This document shows, one piece after another, positions 17,882 through 26,523 of a DNA stretch of 64,000 bases. The notes beneath the pieces were generated by a model, which was not told the origin of the DNA, ran no database searches, and saw nothing but the letters and a program-made list of their open reading frames with translations. The DNA comes from an uncultured Faecalicatena sp. (lineage in GTDB: Bacteria > Bacillota > Clostridia > Lachnospirales > Lachnospiraceae): contig CAOKHZ010000008.1 of assembly GCA_948468385.1 (NCBI GenBank), forward strand, positions 40,265 to 104,264, in the 5' to 3' direction. Position 1 is the stretch's first letter. Every line of letters starts with the position of its first letter. Both the position numbers and the translations under genes were made by a program.

Positions 17882-19036
17882 ATGAAAAAGAAAGTGTTGG
17901 CAATTTTGCTCGGTGCAGTGATGGTGTTGTCATTGGCAGCTTGCGGCGGCGGTGGCGACCAAGGGGGTGACTCGAAAGACAACACGAAGCAGGAAGCGGA
18001 AGGCGGTCAGGACGAAGGCGGCTCCCAGAGCAGCGATGGCGGTTATCACTTTGAAGTAATCGTAAAGAGCTTCCAGTCCACTTACTGGCAGGCAGCCGTT
18101 CAAGGTATCGACCAGGCTTGTGAAGAGTTGGGTGTTACGGCGAATGCCAATGGACCGGCAAACGAGTCTGATATCGCCGACCAGGTACAGATGATTAACG
18201 ACGTAATCGAAAAGAAGCCGGACGGAATCGGTTTGGCGGCATGTGACACGAACTCTGTGTTGGATTCTCTGACAAAGGCAGCAGAGGCTGGCATTCCGGT
18301 CGTGTGTTTTGACACAGGCGTTGATGATGCTCCGGAAGGAAGCGTATATGCCACGGTAGCGACGGACAATGAGGCGGCGGGCGCGTGTGCGGCTGAGAAC
18401 ATGTTCCCGGTTATCGAGGATAAGGTAAAGGCTGCCACGACTGACGCGAAGGTTCGTATCGGTGAAGTTAACCAGGATGCCACGGCACTTAACATCCAAC
18501 AGCGTGGTAACGGATTTATTGCCAAGATGATTGAGCTTTGTAACGGAGTTGACAAGAAGGTTGCGGTAGTTGGTAATGAATTTTATGTAAATGCGGCAGA
18601 AGGCACGGTATCCGAGGCAGAAGCGGAAGTTATTATCGAAGTAGGCGTTCCGGCGCAGACGACGGTAGACCTGGCTTCCACAGAAGCTCAGAAGATCATG
18701 GCGAAGGAAGACACGATTGCCATCTTTGGTTCCAACCAGACAACGGCAGAAGGCGTCATCACGGCAAACCAGACTCTGAACAAGCTGTCGACGGATCCAG
18801 AAAAGGGAATCATCGGCGCAGGTTTTGATGCCGGTACTCCGCAGAAGGAAGCCATCATGAACGGCCAGTTCATTGGTTCCGTAACGCAGTCCCCGTTGAT
18901 GATGGGTTACGAGTGTATCCAGACCCTGAACAAGATTGCCAAGGGCGAAAGCGTATCCGACATCCCGATGGATGGTTACTGGTATGATACGGAAAACATG
19001 GAAGACGACAACATTGCACCAAACCTTTATGACTAA
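17882..19036 (+). CDS. Sugar ABC transporter substrate-binding lipoprotein
   Basis: 384 aa. The lipobox LSLAAC is followed by a G/D/Q-rich linker and a periplasmic-binding-protein type I fold. Confidence 0.85.
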   Translation: MKKKVLAILLGAVMVLSLAACGGGGDQGGDSKDNTKQEAEGGQDEGGSQSSDGGYHFEVIVKSFQSTYWQAAVQGIDQACEELGVTANANGPANESDIADQVQMINDVIEKKPDGIGLAACDTNSVLDSLTKAAEAGIPVVCFDTGVDDAPEGSVYATVATDNEAAGACAAENMFPVIEDKVKAATTDAKVRIGEVNQDATALNIQQRGNGFIAKMIELCNGVDKKVAVVGNEFYVNAAEGTVSEAEAEVIIEVGVPAQTTVDLASTEAQKIMAKEDTIAIFGSNQTTAEGVITANQTLNKLSTDPEKGIIGAGFDAGTPQKEAIMNGQFIGSVTQSPLMMGYECIQTLNKIAKGESVSDIPMDGYWYDTENMEDDNIAPNLYD

Positions 19037-19053
19037 TGTTTGAATAGGTATTG

Positions 19054-19095
19054 TGGGGGCAAGCGGATTTTGCCCCCAATATCATATTTGTTTTG
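19054..19095 (+). terminator. Rho-independent terminator after the substrate-binding protein gene
   Basis: TGGGGGCAA / TTGCCCCCA stem followed by a T-rich tail (ATATCATATTTGTTTT). Confidence 0.7.
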
Positions 19096-19117
19096 TGAAG
19101 TAAATATTCTGATGGAA

Positions 19118-19152
19118 GAAAAAGGAATCGATTTACTTCGGTTCCTTTTTTA
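19118..19152 (+). terminator. Second terminator-like hairpin in tandem
   Basis: AAAAAGGAA / TTCCTTTTT stem with a T-run. It ends 24 nt before the next start codon. Confidence 0.5.
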
Positions 19153-19175
19153 GGGGAAGGACTGGGAGGAATCAT

Positions 19176-19619
19176 ATGCTGAATAATCTGGAAACAATAT
19201 TTGACAACATGGTCGGGATGATGAAAAAGTTGAAGAAAAAGTCATATGAAGCCAATATGAAGCAATTCCTGGAAAAGAACCAACATTATTTCGACGAGGT
19301 GACGGCATATCTGGACGCGGCGAAAGACAAGGAGGAGGCCGCGAACGAGGTTGCCACGATATTTGCGGACACGGTCGAGAACGCGTTCGGCAAAGGTGAA
19401 AAGAAGAAGATTCCCTCCCGTACGCAGGCGGACGTCAATTTCTTTATGATTTACTATGTTTTCCCTGCAATCCTCAAGACGGGGCATGAGCACTGCAGGC
19501 TGGTTGCCGACAGCATTTGCGCGGAATGGAAAAAAAGATTTAAAGACAGTGAGATAGGATATACGGATTACGACTCCTTGTACAAGGCGTTCAGGGAGAA
19601 GATATTTGGGATATTTTGA
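19176..19619 (+). CDS. Hypothetical cytoplasmic protein (147 aa) between the ABC genes and fucI
   Basis: Good RBS (GGGAGG) and coding-like composition. I recognise no family. Confidence 0.55.
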   Translation: MLNNLETIFDNMVGMMKKLKKKSYEANMKQFLEKNQHYFDEVTAYLDAAKDKEEAANEVATIFADTVENAFGKGEKKKIPSRTQADVNFFMIYYVFPAILKTGHEHCRLVADSICAEWKKRFKDSEIGYTDYDSLYKAFREKIFGIF

Positions 19620-19800
19620 CCGAAACCGAAAGCAACTTGGCGAATCCGAGCGTAGCGAAGGATGAACCTAGTGCGAGGTTGTTCTTTGAGATTGGCGAGA
19701 CCGTAGGTCGAGCTTAGCGAAAAGAACTTCCTTGGTAAGGAGTCCCATCCATGAAATGAGCAAAATAAAAAATTAACATAAAGATCAAATAAAGGAGGAC

Positions 19801-21600
19801 ATGAAAATGGCAGAAAACAGATTGATTGGAGGAGCACCGGTCATCGGTATCCGTCCCACGATTGACGGAAGAAGGGGCGCGCTCAAGGTTCGCGAGTCAT
19901 TGGAAGAGCAGACGATGGGCATGGCGAAGGCGGCAAAGAAACTGTTCGAGGAGAACATTCGTTATTCCAACGGGGAGCCGGTGAAGGTCGTCATTGCCGA
20001 CACGACGATTGGCCGAGTGGGAGAGACGGCGGCGTGTGCTGAAAAATTCCGCAAGGAGGGCGTGGACATCACGTTAACGGTTACTCCGTGCTGGTGCTAT
20101 GGCTCGGAGACGATGGACATGGATCCGAACACGATCAAGGGCGTGTGGGGACTGAACGCGACGGAAAGGCCGGGTGCCGTTTATCTGGCATCAGTGCTCG
20201 CGACGCACGCGCAAAAGGGACTTCCGGCATTTGGCATATACGGGCATGACGTGCAGGACGCGGATGATGCCGAGATTCCGGCAGACGTAAGGGAAAAGCT
20301 GTTAAGGTTCGGCCGTGCCGCGGTTGCCGCGGCATCCATGAGGGGAACGTCCTATCTGCAGATTGGATCCATTTGCATGGGCATCGGCGGATCCATCATT
20401 GATTCGGATTTCATGGAATCTTATTTGGGAATGCGCGTGGAGTCCGTTGACGAGGTGGAAATCATTCGTCGTATGACGGAAGGCGTTTATGACGAGGCGG
20501 AATTTAAAAAAGCGCTTGCATGGGCGAAGGAGAAATGTGCCATCGGATTCGACAAAAATCCGGAGTGGCTGCAAAAGTCCGAGCAGGAAAAGGAAGAACA
20601 GTTTGAATTCGTTGTGAAGATGGCCGTCATTATCAAGGACTTGATGGGTGGAAATAAGAACCTGCCAGAAGGATGCGAGGAAGAGATGGTGGGTCATAAC
20701 GCGATTGCGGCCGGGTTCCAGGGGCAGAGGCAGTGGACCGACTTCTATCCGAACGGGGACTTCGCGGAAGCGATTTTGAACAGTTCCTTTGATTGGAACG
20801 GGGCGAGGGAGCCTTACATCCTTGCCACGGAGAATGACGTGTTAAACGGCCTTGGCATGTTGTTCATGAAGCTTTTGACGAATAGGGCGCAGATTTTTGC
20901 CGATGTTCGTACTTATTGGAGCGGGGACGCGGTGAAGCGCGTGACCGGTTATGAAATCAAAGGAAAGGCGAAGGAAGCCGACGGCTTCATTCATTTGATC
21001 AATTCCGGCGCGGCCTGCCTTGACGCGTGCGGCGAAGCCAAGGATGAAAACGGTAACGGCGTGATGAAGCCGTGGTATGACGTGACAGAGGCGGATCAGG
21101 ATGCCATCATGAAAGCCACCACGTGGAACGCGGCCGACAACGGATATTTCCGTGGCGGCGGTTATTCTTCCCGTTTCTTGACGAGGGCGGAGATGCCGTG
21201 TACGATGATTCGCCTGAATCTGGTGAAGGGGTTGGGACCGGTTCTGCAAATCGCGGAGGGCTGGACGATTGACTTGCCGTTCGAGGTGTCCGACGCGTTG
21301 TGGAAGAGAACCGACTATACATGGCCATGCACGTGGTTCGCGCCGAGATGTACGGGGAAAGGCCCGTTTAAGACGGCATATGACGTGATGAACAACTGGG
21401 GGGCGAACCATGGCGCGATTTCTTATGGACACATTGGCGCGGATTTGATTACGATGGCTTCCATTTTGAGAATCCCGGTATGCATGCACAACGTGCCGGA
21501 AGAGGACATCTTCAGGCCGGCGGCATGGAACGCGTTCGGAACGGACAAGGAAGGTCAGGACTATAGGGCGTGCGCGGCATATGGCCCGATGTATAAATAG
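19801..21600 (+). CDS. fucI: L-fucose isomerase
   Basis: 599 aa. The N-terminus ...[37 protein letters not shown]...[26 protein letters not shown]...[13 protein letters not shown] and the overall length match FucI. Confidence 0.9.
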   Translation: MKMAENRLIGGAPVIGIRPTIDGRRGALKVRESLEEQTMGMAKAAKKLFEENIRYSNGEPVKVVIADTTIGRVGETAACAEKFRKEGVDITLTVTPCWCYGSETMDMDPNTIKGVWGLNATERPGAVYLASVLATHAQKGLPAFGIYGHDVQDADDAEIPADVREKLLRFGRAAVAAASMRGTSYLQIGSICMGIGGSIIDSDFMESYLGMRVESVDEVEIIRRMTEGVYDEAEFKKALAWAKEKCAIGFDKNPEWLQKSEQEKEEQFEFVVKMAVIIKDLMGGNKNLPEGCEEEMVGHNAIAAGFQGQRQWTDFYPNGDFAEAILNSSFDWNGAREPYILATENDVLNGLGMLFMKLLTNRAQIFADVRTYWSGDAVKRVTGYEIKGKAKEADGFIHLINSGAACLDACGEAKDENGNGVMKPWYDVTEADQDAIMKATTWNAADNGYFRGGGYSSRFLTRAEMPCTMIRLNLVKGLGPVLQIAEGWTIDLPFEVSDALWKRTDYTWPCTWFAPRCTGKGPFKTAYDVMNNWGANHGAISYGHIGADLITMASILRIPVCMHNVPEEDIFRPAAWNAFGTDKEGQDYRACAAYGPMYK

Positions 21601-21614
21601 GGAGGACGAATCGT

Positions 21615-22055
21615 ATGTTAAAAGGGATACCGAAAATATTGTCCCCGGAGCTGTTGAAGGTCTTGTGTGAAATGGGGCACAGCGACAGGCTGGTCATTTC
21701 CGACGGCAATTTCCCGGCGGAGTCCATGGGCAAAAATGCCATCGTGATTCGTTGCGACGGGCACGGGGTGCCGGAAATCTTAGATGCCATCCTACAAGTG
21801 TTCCCGCTGGACACGTACGTGGAAAAACCAGTCAACCTGATGGCGGTGATGGAGGGGGACGACGTGGAAACGCCGATTTGGGACACGTACAAGGAACTCG
21901 TCGCGAAGTACGACGAACGCGGCGCGGCGGCCGTGGGAAACATCGAGCGCTTCAAGTTTTATGATGAGGCGAAGACGGCGTACGCGATCATCGCCACGGG
22001 CGAGTCCGCGTTGTATGCCAACATCATGCTACAAAAAGGCGTGGTCGTAGAGTGA
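21615..22055 (+). CDS. fucU: L-fucose mutarotase (RbsD/FucU family)
   Basis: 146 aa, MLKGIPKILSPELLKVLCEMGHSDRLVISDGNFP... It lies immediately downstream of fucI. Confidence 0.85.
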   Translation: MLKGIPKILSPELLKVLCEMGHSDRLVISDGNFPAESMGKNAIVIRCDGHGVPEILDAILQVFPLDTYVEKPVNLMAVMEGDDVETPIWDTYKELVAKYDERGAAAVGNIERFKFYDEAKTAYAIIATGESALYANIMLQKGVVVE

Positions 22056-22100
22056 CATATGACTTTGGAAAAATGATTTTTACCTTGTGAAAAGTAACTA

Positions 22101-22128
22101 CCCCTGCGGCAAGCCGCAGGGGTTTTGC
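22101..22128 (+). terminator. Rho-independent terminator after fucU
   Basis: CCCCTGCGG-CAAG-CCGCAGGGG followed by TTTTGC. Confidence 0.85.
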
Positions 22129-22219
22129 ATGTTTTACTGGTAATTTGCCGGACTCTTGTGTATAATCAAAAGTAAGACGCAAAAGATTCGAAAAACTTGT
22201 CTACGAATGGGGGAATGAC

Positions 22220-23044
22220 ATGCAGGCGATACAGACGTTTAGCTTAAAAAAATATTTTTATAACGGGGAATATGAAGTGCGGGCGGTGGACAAGGTGAAC
22301 CTTTCCGTCGAGGAGGGGGAGTTTGTCGCCATCATGGGGAATTCCGGCAGTGGCAAGAGCACGCTCCTCAATTTGCTCGGGGGACTTGACGAGGCGACGG
22401 AGGGGGAAATCCTTATTCGCGGAGAGAGCCTGCGTGGAATGGAACGTGAGGAGCGCACGATTTTTCGCAGGCGGAACATCGGCTTTGTCTTTCAACAATA
22501 TAATCTGGTCACGTCATTAAGCGTTTATGAGAATATCGTTTTGCCATTGTGTCTCGACGGACTTGCGCCGGACGAGGCGTTTTTAAATCATCTTGTCGAA
22601 TTATTAAAAATAGGAGATAAATTGTATGAAATGCCGGAGCGTTTGTCGGGCGGGCAGCAACAGAGGGCGGCAATCGCACGGGCGTTGATTACGCATCCGG
22701 CAATCGTGTTGGCAGACGAGCCGACGGGAAATTTAGATTCGGCTACCAGCATGGAAGTGGCGGGTCTTTTGAAGACTTGCGCGAGGCAGTTTGATCAAAC
22801 GGTTATCATGGTGACGCATGACAAAACGGTGGCGCGGACGGCGGACCGAATCTTGCTGATGAAGGACGGGGTGGTACAAGTGGCTGACGACGTCTTGTCG
22901 ACGAAGGACGGGGTGGTGCAAGTGGCTGACGACGTCTTGACGACGAAGGACGGGGTGGTGCAAGTGGCTGACGATGTCTTGTCAAAGGAGGACGGGCTGG
23001 CGCATGCGTCAGACGATATTTTGCCGATGGAGGACGTGCAATGA
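22220..23044 (+). CDS. ABC transporter ATP-binding protein (MacB/LolD/FtsE-like) with a tandemly repeated C-terminal tail
   Basis: 274 aa. Walker A is GNSGSGKST, the signature is LSGGQQQR and Walker B is VLADEPT. The C-terminus contains KDGVVQVADDVL three times plus a degenerate fourth copy. Confidence 0.9.
   Translation: MQAIQTFSLKKYFYNGEYEVRAVDKVNLSVEEGEFVAIMGNSGSGKSTLLNLLGGLDEATEGEILIRGESLRGMEREERTIFRRRNIGFVFQQYNLVTSLSVYENIVLPLCLDGLAPDEAFLNHLVELLKIGDKLYEMPERLSGGQQQRAAIARALITHPAIVLADEPTGNLDSATSMEVAGLLKTCARQFDQTVIMVTHDKTVARTADRILLMKDGVVQVADDVLSTKDGVVQVADDVLTTKDGVVQVADDVLSKEDGLAHASDDILPMEDVQ
22862..23029 (+). repeat. Four tandem 42-bp repeats (three near-identical, one degenerate) at the 3' end of the ABC ATPase gene
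   Basis: Units at 22862-22903, 22904-22945, 22946-22987 and 22988-23029. The first three differ at only a few positions. Each unit encodes 14 aa, in frame. Confidence 0.9.
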
Positions 23045-25821
23045 TGAAAGCGGTGCGAATGCTGGCCAAAGGGATGGCGAAACAGAACCGGGGACGCGCC
23101 ATCGTGCTCGCGGCGGCGGTGGCACTGGGCATTTTGGTATTGTCAACGGTCTTTGGCATTTCGGCGGGCAAGGTGGAAGCGGAGGAATTGCGGGAAATCC
23201 GCGCCAATCGGACGTGCGCGGTAACGACGCTTGCGCGTGCCACGGTGGAGCAATATTGGAAAATCAAGAGCCTTCCCTACATTCAGGCGGTCGGACGGAA
23301 GTATGGGGCGGGTTCGACTTTGATATATGACGCGGCAGGGGCGCGTGATGGGGATGACGGTGAGGCGTTGTCTTGTGTTTTTACATGCCTGGACAAGACT
23401 GCCTGGGAAGAAATGACGACTCCCGCCTACACGGGGATAGAGGGGCATTATCCGCAGGAAGAGGGGGAAATCATGCTCAGCATCCGGGCCTTGGCGGCAC
23501 TTGGAATGGAGCGTCCGCAGATGGGGCAAGCGATTTCTTTGAAGATACAGTTGGGACCGTTCATGGAAATAGAGGAAACATTTACGCTGTGCGGGTGGTT
23601 CACGGATTATGTGGATTTGTCGGCATTTCCATTACAAGGATATGTCAGTGAGGCGCAGGTTCAGAAATGGGGAAAGAGCCTGGACGAGCCGGATGAGTTG
23701 TTAATCGTGCAAAATGACACGCTGGATGCTTATGAGTTGGAGGAAAGGCTGAATCAGGACGTGACGATGCGGGACAAGTCTCAATCCTTTGTCACGAACG
23801 ACACGTTCCGCTCGCGTGCCGTAAACGGCCTGGCCGGTGGTTACGAGATGGCCGCATTGTGCGGTGCGCTGATATTGTTGTGCGTGTTTTTGCTGGTTTA
23901 CAACGTATTGCGGATTTCCATGCAGAAGGAAGTTCGCCAGATTGGGCTATTGGACACGCTGGGTACGACGCAGAAGCAGATTCGGCGGATTTACCAGTGT
24001 CAGATTGGACGCATCGTGGCAGTAGGAGGCGTGATCGGAGTCGGTGCCTCGGCAATGGTGGGCATGGTCGTTTTGCCATACGTGGTAGGGGGAATGTACT
24101 TGTACCATTATGGACAGAGGACAGAGCTTACCGTGTGGCGGCCGGGGCTCGTCGTGGCCGCGGCGTGTTTTACCGCGCTCGTGGTGGAGTGGGCGACGTA
24201 TTTGATAATCCGCAAGGCGACTCGGCTGACGCCTCTGGAGGCGATGCGTTATCAAGGGGAGGCAAGGCGCGGCGGGAAGTTGAAACGGCATGGTGGAAAA
24301 AGCGGGCGGCATGTCGGCACGAAGGTCATTCGGCGCGGTAGCCGCCAGTACGTTTTCCACATGGCATGGCGCAACTTATGGCGTGAACGACGGAAATTTT
24401 TGCTGACCGCTTTCTCGCTATTTTTGGGCGTGGTGACCGTGCTGGTGGCGGAAATCATTGTCAGGGGGACGGATTATGCCAACGTGATTGAGGCGGAACC
24501 GGATTTTGCGATTGGCATTGAGTGCAAGAATGACGGCATGGAAATACCATATGTATATGAGGAATATGCGCCGATTCGGGAGGAACTAAAAGGGCGGATA
24601 TTGTCTTTGGAGGGCGTGAAGGCGGATTCGGTGGAGGCGCTTTACGGCGCGTTCGTGATTGTTGATTATGCGCAGGAGGCGTTTTGGCCACGAAATGACG
24701 CGCTTCTTTCGGACGGGGATTATGAAAACGCCTTGTGGCGTACATATAGGAAGCCGGAAGGTGAGGAAGGAGAGCCGGGCTTTCCTGACCCGGCCGTGGT
24801 TCAAATCGTGGACGATGATTATTTGGATAAATTGGAGCGATATGTGCAAGAAAATGGCTTGACGGCGGACGTTGACGCGGTGCGGCGGGGCGAGGGCGTG
24901 TTGTTTTTACATGAGGGCGCGTGGTCGGAAGAATTGCGGGAGGAGGCCGACGCGCAGTGTGGAATCAATGTTACGTTTTGGAATTTTTTAACAAAGACGG
25001 AGGAAGAATGGCATAAGCGCGCGTCGATGTCCGTGAAGGCAATTCAGGAGCAGGAAAGCAATGGAATATGGTCTGCCTATCCCTTGGCCGGGGAATCACA
25101 TGTGAGCGCGTATTTGGACACGCGGGCGAAAGGCTTCCCGCAGGTTGAGACGCTCTCGTATGACATGGTGCTTCCTTATTTCTTGATTAGTGAGCGTGGA
25201 TTTGAAAAACTGAACGTAGAAAAGAAAATGTTAAGCTGTCAGTTTGACGTGGAGGAGTCTTACGAGGAGGCGGCAAAGGCGGGGATTAAGGAAATGATTC
25301 GTGCCGAGAACGAGGAGAATGCATCGCGCGTGCAAGACAAAAAGTATGGCATTGACACGTTGCCGAACTTGTTTGTTCGCTGCAAGTCGGACGTGCTGGC
25401 GGAGGAGCAAAGCTATATCCGCACGAACCGCTCGCTGTTTTCCTTCCTTGGCGCGGCATTGCTCTTGATGGGTGTGATGAACTACGCGAACGTGATGGTC
25501 ACGGGGCTGTTTGCCCGCCGGAGGGAATTGAATACTTTGGAACGCGTGGGGATGACGGCAAGACAGATCCGTGCCATGGTGACGTGGGAAGGCGCGATGT
25601 ATTGTGGAATCGTGGGTGCGCTCGTGTTGGGCGTTGGCAATGGGATGTTTTACCTGGTTCGGTGGTACATGGAACAAAACGTGCCGCATTTTTGGTTTTA
25701 TTATCCGTGGGACGGCATGGCGGTAGTGTTTTTGCTGTTGGCGGTGGTCTGCGCAGGCGTTCCCAGGGCGTGTTTTTGGGGACGCAAGCGTGATGAAAAG
25801 AAAATGGGAGCGAATGTATGA
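23041..25821 (+). CDS. ABC transporter permease with two MacB-like halves (TM, large extracytoplasmic domain, FtsX 3-TM bundle; repeated twice)
   Basis: 926 aa with FtsX-type segments around aa 265-400 and 795-920. The start overlaps the ATPase stop (ATGA). Confidence 0.85.
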   Translation: MMKAVRMLAKGMAKQNRGRAIVLAAAVALGILVLSTVFGISAGKVEAEELREIRANRTCAVTTLARATVEQYWKIKSLPYIQAVGRKYGAGSTLIYDAAGARDGDDGEALSCVFTCLDKTAWEEMTTPAYTGIEGHYPQEEGEIMLSIRALAALGMERPQMGQAISLKIQLGPFMEIEETFTLCGWFTDYVDLSAFPLQGYVSEAQVQKWGKSLDEPDELLIVQNDTLDAYELEERLNQDVTMRDKSQSFVTNDTFRSRAVNGLAGGYEMAALCGALILLCVFLLVYNVLRISMQKEVRQIGLLDTLGTTQKQIRRIYQCQIGRIVAVGGVIGVGASAMVGMVVLPYVVGGMYLYHYGQRTELTVWRPGLVVAAACFTALVVEWATYLIIRKATRLTPLEAMRYQGEARRGGKLKRHGGKSGRHVGTKVIRRGSRQYVFHMAWRNLWRERRKFLLTAFSLFLGVVTVLVAEIIVRGTDYANVIEAEPDFAIGIECKNDGMEIPYVYEEYAPIREELKGRILSLEGVKADSVEALYGAFVIVDYAQEAFWPRNDALLSDGDYENALWRTYRKPEGEEGEPGFPDPAVVQIVDDDYLDKLERYVQENGLTADVDAVRRGEGVLFLHEGAWSEELREEADAQCGINVTFWNFLTKTEEEWHKRASMSVKAIQEQESNGIWSAYPLAGESHVSAYLDTRAKGFPQVETLSYDMVLPYFLISERGFEKLNVEKKMLSCQFDVEESYEEAAKAGIKEMIRAENEENASRVQDKKYGIDTLPNLFVRCKSDVLAEEQSYIRTNRSLFSFLGAALLLMGVMNYANVMVTGLFARRRELNTLERVGMTARQIRAMVTWEGAMYCGIVGALVLGVGNGMFYLVRWYMEQNVPHFWFYYPWDGMAVVFLLLAVVCAGVPRACFWGRKRDEKKMGANV

Positions 25822-26522
25822 AGGTTGCAATCGTGGATGACGAAAGGGATATGACGAGGCAAATCGAGGAGTTTTTGGAACGATTTCGAGTCGAAAGCCA
25901 GATGGAGGTGGATGCAAGGGTGTTTCATGAGCCACGGGCTTTCGTGGAGAACTATGATGGCAGTTATGACCTTGTTTTGCTTGACGTGGAAATGCCAGGA
26001 ATGAACGGAATCGAGGCGGCGAAAGCGATTCGCGGGCAGGATAGGCGGGTGAGCATCATGTTCATTACCAACATGGCGCAGTATGCCATCCATGGTTACG
26101 AGGTGGAGGCCGTGGATTATGTTCTGAAGCCCGTCGGCTATCAGGATTTTGCCATGAAGATGAAAAAAGCCCTCCGCTATATTGAGCGCGATGCGGAGCA
26201 GAAGCTTGTGCTTGACACCACGGCCGGAAAGCTGGCGGTAAAAGTGTCGGACATCGTCTACGTCGAGGTGATTCGCCATTATCTCAGCTTTCACACGGAC
26301 GCGGGCGTTTATGAGGTGCGCGGCGTGATGCGGGAGTGGGAGAAGGAATTGGGGCGGTATCATTTCGCGCGGTGCAGTCAAAGTTACCTGGTCAATCTGG
26401 CGAAGGTGCGGTCGATTCAAGGAAACAAGTGCATGGTGGGCGGGGAGGAGCTGCCGCTTAGCCGTAACAAGAAAAACGAATTTATTCAGGCGTTTACCAG
26501 GTACGTGGGAGGAATGGATTAG
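25818..26522 (+). CDS. LytTR-family response regulator (REC + LytTR DNA-binding domain)
   Basis: 234 aa, MKVAIVDDE...DLVLLDVEMPGMNGIE...DYVLKP, with a C-terminal LytTR block (IVYVEV...HFARCSQSYLVNL). The start overlaps the permease stop (ATGA). Confidence 0.9.
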   Translation: MKVAIVDDERDMTRQIEEFLERFRVESQMEVDARVFHEPRAFVENYDGSYDLVLLDVEMPGMNGIEAAKAIRGQDRRVSIMFITNMAQYAIHGYEVEAVDYVLKPVGYQDFAMKMKKALRYIERDAEQKLVLDTTAGKLAVKVSDIVYVEVIRHYLSFHTDAGVYEVRGVMREWEKELGRYHFARCSQSYLVNLAKVRSIQGNKCMVGGEELPLSRNKKNEFIQAFTRYVGGMD

Positions 26523-26523
26523 G

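Noticed and set aside
19620-19800. 181-bp spacer upstream of fucI, considered as a riboswitch or sRNA
   Set aside because: I could fold only short, weak stems and found no match to any riboswitch class I know. Its resemblance to the 46.1-kb element is limited to short shared strings, so I report it only as a note under that finding.
22862-23029. Considered whether the 42-bp tandem repeats could be a small CRISPR array
   Set aside because: The units are directly adjacent with no spacers. They are in frame inside an ABC ATPase gene, and no cas genes are present.
25231-26420. Two overlapping minus-strand ORFs (234 and 239 aa)
   Set aside because: They are antisense to the FtsX permease and LytTR regulator genes, which are supported by motifs and translational coupling.
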